Assembly: GCA_964016885.1 (NCBI GenBank)
Contig: OZ024742.1
Span: 326,678,001-326,742,000 of the forward strand
DNA: 64,000 bases
DNA from: Eledone cirrhosa
Lineage: Eukaryota
Direction of reading: 5' to 3'
Below, piece after piece: positions 55,975 to 64,000 of the stretch; within the stretch, counting starts at the first letter, position 1, and every line of letters starts with the position of its first letter. The notes beneath the pieces were generated by a model. The model worked only from the letters and a program-made list of their open reading frames with translations. It ran no database searches and was not told the DNA's origin. Both the position numbers and the translations under genes were made by a program.

Positions 55975-56700
55975 ACACCACACTACGCCACACTACACCA
56001 CACTACACCACACTACACCACACAACACTACACCACACTACACCACACTACACCACACAACACCACACTACACCACACAACACTACACCCCACTACACCA
56101 CACTACACCACACTAGACCCCACTACACCACACTACATCCCACTACACCACACTACACCACACTACACCACACTACACTACACCACACTACACCACACAA
56201 CACCACACTTCACCACACCACACTACACCACACTACACCACACTACACCACACAACACTACACAGCACTACACCACACTACACCACACTACACCACACTA
56301 CACCACACAACACCACACTACACTACACTACACCATACTACACCACACTACACCACACTACACCACACTACACCACACTACACTACACTACACCACACAA
56401 CACCACATTACACCACACTACACCACACTACACCACACTACACTACACCACACTACACTACACCACACTACACCACACAACACCACACTACACCACACTA
56501 CACCACACTACACCACACTACACTACACCACACTACACCACATCACACAGCACCACACCACACTACACCACACAACACCACAGCACACAACACCACACTA
56601 CACAACACCACACCACACAGCACCACACTACACTACACCACACTACACCACACTACACCACACCACACAGCACCACACCACACAGCACCACACCACACTA
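55975..56700. repeat. Pentanucleotide satellite (CACCA/CACTA)n
   Basis: Directly visible. Confidence 0.95.
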
Positions 56701-57879
56701 TACAACCCGCCACATCAAGTTACACGACGCCACACTACATCACACCTCATACACACACTCCACACCAAGCCTCCACCAAATACATGCACCACCACATACA
56801 CTGTAACTTCACAAGCAGCCATTGCTATATGACTGTTTAGCAATATCACCACTTGAGTCAATATTATAAAGAGTTTGGGGAACAGAAAATTTAACACAGC
56901 CTGCGATTTACAAACATTGTTCATTTTCTAAAACCAGTTTGGTAAGTATACGGGCAAAAGTTGTTCCTGTGTGGTGGCGGTGGTGTACTGCTGCTAGTGT
57001 TGCTAGTGCTGATGCTAGGTTTGGTAATATTGGTGGTGTTGGTGGTATCATTTTCTCCCTCTCTTCTAGAAGAAATCGACTGTGTTCAGACCTAGAGATG
57101 GGATGCACTCCGTCTTGTTTAAAATGTCCAAAGTACGCCATATATCACTACGGCGCTTCCACGACTCAGTCAGGAGTTAGGGGTACATACATACATACTA
57201 GCTTTATATCATTATTTGCTGGTTAGTGCAAATTTTCCTGCAAAAATATATAACGATTGTACATATAAAACAAATCCACAAATTCAAAATTTAATAACAA
57301 ACGTACCGAATATTTCCGCCATATTAAAATAATGGTTTCTTCTTTAGGCACAAGGCCAGCAATTTGAAGGGGAGTGGGAGGTAGATTAAATCTACCCCAG
57401 TGCATTACTGGTGCTTTATTTTATCGACTCTGTAAGGATGAAAGGCAAAGTGTACAAACTACATCAGGCCACAATCGCCCTTAATATCCAGTTTTCCTCA
57501 AAGAATGAGGCTATTTTGATAAATTTAGTAGGGGATACTCCGCAGCGTACTAATCATAAATCTACCAAACCATCAGCACACAATCATCATATTTGATTGC
57601 TGCCGTCCATGTATTCCAAAACTTAAACTAAAATTAACCAAAATCTGAGATAATCACTCCATAAACCCAGCAAAGTAAACATAACTCAAAATAGATTATT
57701 AAATTCCAGCAATAAAACAAATTTAACCAAATCCATCCTAGTATCCAAATACACTGCCCAAATACGTGAGATTCACCCTTGAAAACTAGAACTTAAAAAT
57801 AGACTAAATAAATTAGAAGCGGAAACTAACATGCACGAACACACACAAACACACACACATACACACACTCACTCACTCA

Positions 57880-57992
<113 letters not shown>

Positions 57993-58584
57993 AGGAAAAA
58001 TGAAACGAAATTTCATTTCCCACTCTTAGTACGGCTGTTACTTAAATATAAGTATGTACACGTATATACATATATGTATACAGACGTACAGCAGTATGTA
58101 TATGTATATACATACATGCACACATATATATATGTACGTATGGATTCACCGAACATTTATTATAATGCTCGGTGTGTTTGTAAACAAACATCCCGTATTA
58201 AGCCGTAGTGTCCAGCAACCATCGTTGCTCGTTTGTTCAACACTGACAAAGGAACGCTGTACTAGTTTCAAGCTTATTAGCTATCATCAGCAACGTATAC
58301 CTTCCTGCCAGATTGTTGAACGTATATACTTACCTTATGTATATTAACGGCTGAGTAGCCCAATTTGCATATCTCAGTTTCTATCTACTAATTTTTACCC
58401 ACGAAGCATTGGTCAACACCAGTACAGCAAAAGAGCACATGCTTAGGGTCTCAAGGGGCCCCATAGAGTATTTTTTAAGGTACAGTATATGGAAATGTGT
58501 TCCATATATTGTATATGGCGGTACCATAACCTTTTCATTGCTGAGGGCCTCTAAAGGTCTTAATTTGCGCCAGCTATAGTAAAT

Positions 58585-58865
58585 AATAGGCGGAGAATTG
58601 GCAGAGTCGTTAGAAGGTCGGATAGAATGCTTTATGGCATTCGTTCCGGCTCTCAGCTCTCTCAGTTCAAATCCCATCGAGGTCAACTTTGCATATCATC
58701 CTTTCGAGGTCGATAAAACAAAAGTACCAGTCTAGTACTGGGGTCGATTCTTCCTCTATATCTCTTTCTCATTTTTTCTCTCACTTTCTATCGTTCCCTG
58801 GAAGAGATCTGCTGTATTCAGGCCTGGAAAGGGTTGGGCTCCACCAGGCTTTAAATGGCCAAGAA
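58585..58865 (+). mobile_element. SINE family A subfamily with extended tail
   Basis: cagttcaaatcc B-box and catcctttcgaggtcgataaaacaaaagtaccag core. Confidence 0.8.
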
Positions 58866-59394
58866 AGGCCGTATGTCAATAGGGCGCCGCTGCCACTTTA
58901 TCAGAATGTACAGGACTAAACACACATAGTAAATAATACTTTCCCAAAGGGCTATGCACTGAGATAGAACACGAAACATGGTTGCGAATGGAACACTTCT
59001 CAACATTACAGCCATGATTATATAAATATATCTCTTATTTAAAGAATTCACTTTCTGTTTTCATAAAGTTAATCTACTCTGAAACTTGTGCTATGGTATA
59101 TCTAATATTGTCTCACACTGCTTCCAGCCAACTACTTCTATCATAAATTGGGTTACTTTCGTTGTCTATGTCAATTTTTTTTCTTTATCCAAGGCTCTGT
59201 CTGTCTGTGTGTGTGTGTGGGGGGGGGGGGGGGGGGGGGGGGTACATTTTCTTAAACAGCCTAATTTTTATTCTTAGTGTTTTTTGTGCGGAAAACTGAC
59301 GTAAAAGTCGATAAAAAATTGTGGTTGCAACAAACTATCTTATCGACTCTGATATTATTTGTACACATGTATATTTATATAGATGTATATCATA

Positions 59395-59517
<123 letters not shown>

Positions 59518-60588
59518 ATATATATATATGTGTGTGTGTGTATACATACATAGATAGATTCCTCTAACTATATATCACAAAGACTGTTTTGAAAATGTAA
59601 ACACATACACACATACATCCACATCCCTGCCGCTCTGCGTTGGATCTCTCATCACTAAAGGGAAATAGAATACAAATTCAAAATATATTGCTACAATAGA
59701 AAAACAAATTAAATATGTTTCTTATTATAGAATATCTATAAATATATATTATAATAGAAGTTATATTAGATATATATTTTATTTTCATATAATCGAATAG
59801 AAATTAAATATAGATAATAATGCAAAGCAAAATGAAATATATATGCTTTTTATAAAATCAATTTATTTATTATTATGTTGATATATACACCTTTTTTGTA
59901 CACTATATGCTTATATATTTTCTAGAACAAATCTAAGCCACATGATGATAAATTTCTAGACGAACTAACGGTGAGGGGGTTATATGTGGTCTCTTAATAT
60001 GCTAGAAATAACAGTGAAATATCCCTTATATCATACCCTGTCATCTTTAAACAACGAATGATATGGCACATTGGATAAAAATACTAACGCTAATATGGGC
60101 TCATTCGATAACAGTCCTACATATCGATAAGATTACAATAATTCTATAAAGAATTCCACAAAAGACCAAAATGAACAATTATGGAAATTCTACCAAAATC
60201 AGAATGTAAACCAAACATTAGCATTCTGATACAGTATACATGAAAACAAATATAATTGCTATGCTTCAAACGTTGAAAACATTTTAATCTGGTGCCCCAA
60301 ATCTCCTATCACTCCACGATACTTTTCGATCAGTATTAAGCACGGGACCAACACGCCACTAATATCATCGTTCTGATTTTGAAATGGAGCTGTTTAGAGG
60401 CTTCGAAACGTTAATACACACATGGATTTAGGGACTCTACGGTTTACGAATTAGGGAACACAACAGATTTTTTCCAGAAAAAGATAGAAAGTGAGAAAGA
60501 GATATAGAAGAAGAATCGACCTCAGTACCAGACTGATACTTTTTTTATCGATTATAAGAGGCAAAATATAACTATATATATATATATA

Positions 60589-60673
<85 letters not shown>

Positions 60674-61577
60674 ATAATAATAAATTTGAAGACTAAAATC
60701 CAAAGAGCCAAAGAGGGCTCGATAAGGATAAATATATATCAAATATATAAGAACCGTAGAGCAAATATTTATTAAGATCCCGTTAGGGGTGAAAGCAACG
60801 ATTCTTTGCATAAACTTTAATCTGTTATTTTAATAAATATATATATATATATATAATTAATACAATAACAGAGATAGTTTAAAGCTAATCTCTGACTGGT
60901 AACCATCTCACTCAACAAACATTAGGTTATATTTTAATATAAACCCAATTTAAGTGTTTGGGGTGCTAACAATATGTATTCTGTGGAAAAGCCAGTTGTA
61001 TTATTTTACGAGATATAATTAAAGTTAAAATATATCTCTCTTTCCAAACAATTGTTTCATTAAAAGTTTTCTACAAATTCGGAGAATATTTCCAGTTTAT
61101 GTAGAAGCCTAATATACATTCATGTAAGAATATATTTAGGTGGGCGCTTATAAATCATCAGTGGAAGCCCATTAAACTTTGATATAAGAAAACCATTTCT
61201 TACCAGAGTTAAAAATCGTGTCTGTTAAGTTGCTCCTTCCCGCATCGAATGACCGGCAGATTTGAAATTCCAGCAGTTTTTGACTGAGGAAGTATCATAG
61301 CGTCACTAAGCGGGAAGGGGAGACAACTACGATCCACGAAAGGAGGAAAAAAAAATAATAATATACACGCGGGTTAATCAGTTTTTTCGAAAACATTATC
61401 AATCCAACGTGTTAAGAACTCAATTGAAATTAAAAAAATAAATATATGCGTGTATAAATTACATACGCATATAGATATTTTCTTAGGCTAAAATCAGAGG
61501 TTGTACCTGAATAAGAAACCGCATCCCGTAACCGTAGAAAATACGGAAAGTTATGCTTTAAAGGGCAAATGGGAATG

Positions 61578-61652
<75 letters not shown>

Positions 61653-61789
61653 GTTATATAGTAAGGTGTATTATTGGTTGTGCCATACGGTCCAAGAAAC
61701 TTTTGTTAACAATATTAAGTTCTCCATGCTTTTGTATATCTCCAGTTCCATTTATGGGCACAGCTAGATGATGTAAAGCGGAGTATTTG

Positions 61790-61961
61790 TATCAAAATAA
61801 AGATCCGAAGACATGGTATAAATTTCCAATCATTTTAATCACTTGATGAGATCAGTGATAATCGATCATGACCACACGATCGATCTATTTCTTATTGAAA
61901 CATGTGCCGTGATTAAAATGATTGGAAATGTATATCATGCCTTCGGATCTTTATTTTGATA
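61790..61961. repeat. 53 bp-arm inverted repeat enclosing a degenerate hammerhead-like core
   Basis: Arms 61790-61842 and 61909-61961, enclosing TTGATGA...GAAAC-atgt-GCC. Confidence 0.6.
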
Positions 61962-61967
61962 TATAGT

Positions 61968-62140
61968 AATAATTGTTTCTACTTTGGCACAAGGCCAGCA
62001 ATTAACCAGGGCATTACTGGTACTTTATTTTATCGACCCCGTAAGGATGAAAGGCAAAGTTAACCTCGACGGGATTTGAACTCAGAATGGCAAAGGCCGT
62101 AACTCTATGCGTCAAACCATGGCGTCCGATCCTCTACCGA
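61968..62140 (-). mobile_element. SINE family A
   Basis: Matches the family consensus. Confidence 0.8.
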
Positions 62141-62204
62141 TATATATAGTAATAATAAAGACTAAAATCCGAAGAGGGCTCGATAAGTATTATATATTAT
62201 ATAT

Positions 62205-62309
<105 letters not shown>

Positions 62310-64000
62310 TTCGTTTCTGAATTTGTTTAGCAAGATTCTTTATCTGAAATCGTGTGTTGAAACCGATATTGTTATACTTTGGGAGGGTCATGTTGCCAAT
62401 AAGAAACACACGCACCAGTTGCTTTCACTTCAATTTATTATAATAAATTTATAATAAATTTATAAATTTCTGGTTGGTTGGTTGGTTCCACAACCAGATA
62501 GTTGTTTATATATTGTCATAGTTCTTTCGTCACACTCTGTTACCTCTTCAGTGACTGGGGATTCCTTTCTTTGTTTTTGTGCCTCTCCTTTGTTCTGTCC
62601 TACGCCATTTTGTTTCTGTGTGTGTGTTGTATGCTCAGTCTGCACATGCGCCACATCCAGGTGTCTGTGTGTGTTTATGTTCATTTATTTATTTGTTTAT
62701 TTACATGTTACTGGTTGGTTGTTTGTTCTATGTGTGTGTGTGTATTCATTTTGTCCTTAATTGTAAGTTGTGATGTTGCTGTTCCACTCATATTTTCTAT
62801 TTAATTTTGGTTGTCATTCTTTTATGTTTATTGCCTCTGTGATTTGTCTAAACATTGCGTCTTTTCTGTGTGTAGATTCTATTTTTATTTCTATGTTCTC
62901 TAATTTACCCTTGTGTTCTATTTTAGCATGTTGGTAGAGTACAGATGATTCTTTACTATCTTGAAGGTCTCGCCAGTGTTCATTTATCCGTTCCCCTACA
63001 CTACGAGCTGTCTCACCTATGTACATTATATTTTTGTCTCTACATTGTCCTTCAGTACATCTTATGCTATACACTACATTTCTAGTTTTACAGTTAATAT
63101 GGGGGCTTATTTTACAGGTTATACATTTCTTATCTATACATGAGGGTCTTTGAAAAGGGTATGTCTCGCTAATAAGTGTTTTTACGGAGGTACCTGGTCT
63201 TTCTACTATCTTAATATTGAGTTTATGTTTATCTAGGGCCCTTCTAAATTTGTAAGCTAATTCACCTCAAGGGGTTGTATCGATGAACATTACACTCTGG
63301 TATTTATTGCTATCATACCATGAGTTTATTCTATTAGCCTTGTTCCTAGTTCTTTCTATTCTATTCCAAAATGTGCTCCTATACAAGGGGCAGGTCCCAT
63401 TTATGTCATTATTTACCATTTTTCCCCATTTGGTTCTGGCTCCTCTATACACTCTGATTTTATCTCTCTGATTGTAGCCAGAGAACTGCATACGGTGGAT
63501 GAAGTGTTGTATGTGTCTCTCTACTAGTTCTTCGGGGTTGCACATGCGGGACACGTTTCTCATCACCCGTACCAAATCCGCAATCAGTATGTTGATTTTG
63601 GTATGGTCCGAAACGGCCGAGTTTCGGTGGATCAGATGTTTGGAAGTCATGGGTTTGGCATAATGGGAATAGAGGATTTGTTTTTTGTTATTAATGGTAT
63701 CTAACCAGAGCTCTGTGTCTAGTACAGGTAATCGATGGTTGGGGTGTTTACTTGGGTAGTCTATAGTAACTCTAATGCTCTGGTGGATGGAGTTAGCTAT
63801 TTGCTGGATGCTTTCCATTGTGTTTTTCTCTAGTTCCTGACTGTTTTCTAGTGGGGGTGACTTAACTACGATGTTTATATCATCAACGTAGCGGGAGTAC
63901 ATTATCAGGGTTAAGGGGTCTTCTAATTGTTCTTTAAGTTTAAGTTTAAGTCTACTGTCCCACCATACCATGAATAAGTTAGCTATGTCGCCTGCAATGC
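62310..64000 (-). mobile_element. Penelope-like element 3' half (RT, Cys linker, GIY-YIG, 3' UTR), runs off the window
   Basis: YSRYVDD, LPVLD, HYAKP; linker CIDKKCITC; YSIRC..C..MYIGETARSVGERINEH..RQITEAINI. Ends in (TA)n. Confidence 0.9.
62515..62555 (-). ncRNA. Minimal hammerhead in the PLE 3' UTR, same strand as the ORF
   Basis: gtca CTGAAGA g GTaACA-gag-TGTgAC GAAAG-aa-CTA tgac. Confidence 0.7.

Noticed and set aside
55942-56832. 296 aa HT-rich ORF
   Set aside because: Translation of a pentanucleotide satellite.
60375-60417. Hammerhead-like GGAGC..GCTTC GAAACGTT
   Set aside because: The 5' core is unrecognisable; at most a decayed remnant.
63267-63269. In-frame TGA in the PLE ORF as possible selenocysteine
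   Set aside because: The context TP*GEL is not a Cys position and is more simply a CGA/GGA to TGA mutation; the element also has a frameshift nearby.

Overview
Repeat-saturated, AT-rich animal genomic DNA. The microsatellite density and SINE/LINE families suggest a cephalopod such as Octopus, which is inference only. Almost all ORF-track calls are microsatellite artefacts. The window is mostly intronic sequence of one + strand gene. I found four phase-compatible exons the ORF track largely misses (6939-7188, 18880-19029, 44269-44329, 51778-51824); they encode a SEA-like segment followed by two EGF-like domains. The introns hold a near full-length Tx1/L1-type LINE ending in a 1.2 kb 12-mer array, several RTE-clade LINEs and their non-autonomous derivatives, two Penelope-like (RT + GIY-YIG) elements, CRE-like tails, tRNA-derived SINEs, hAT MITEs and Helitron-like elements. 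The main unexplained signal is a dense set of hammerhead-ribozyme motifs, read by eye at about a dozen loci from several sequence families, ranging from intact to degenerate. Most sit in short non-coding elements inserted in (TA)n, and many form long inverted repeats: (TA)n - inverted ribozyme region - ribozyme region + 3' tail - (TA)n. One is a canonical type I hammerhead in a 453-471 bp tandem monomer (retrozyme/pLTR-like). Two families carry the compensatory U3-A8 core, and one family keeps only the 3' half of the ribozyme as a palindrome.
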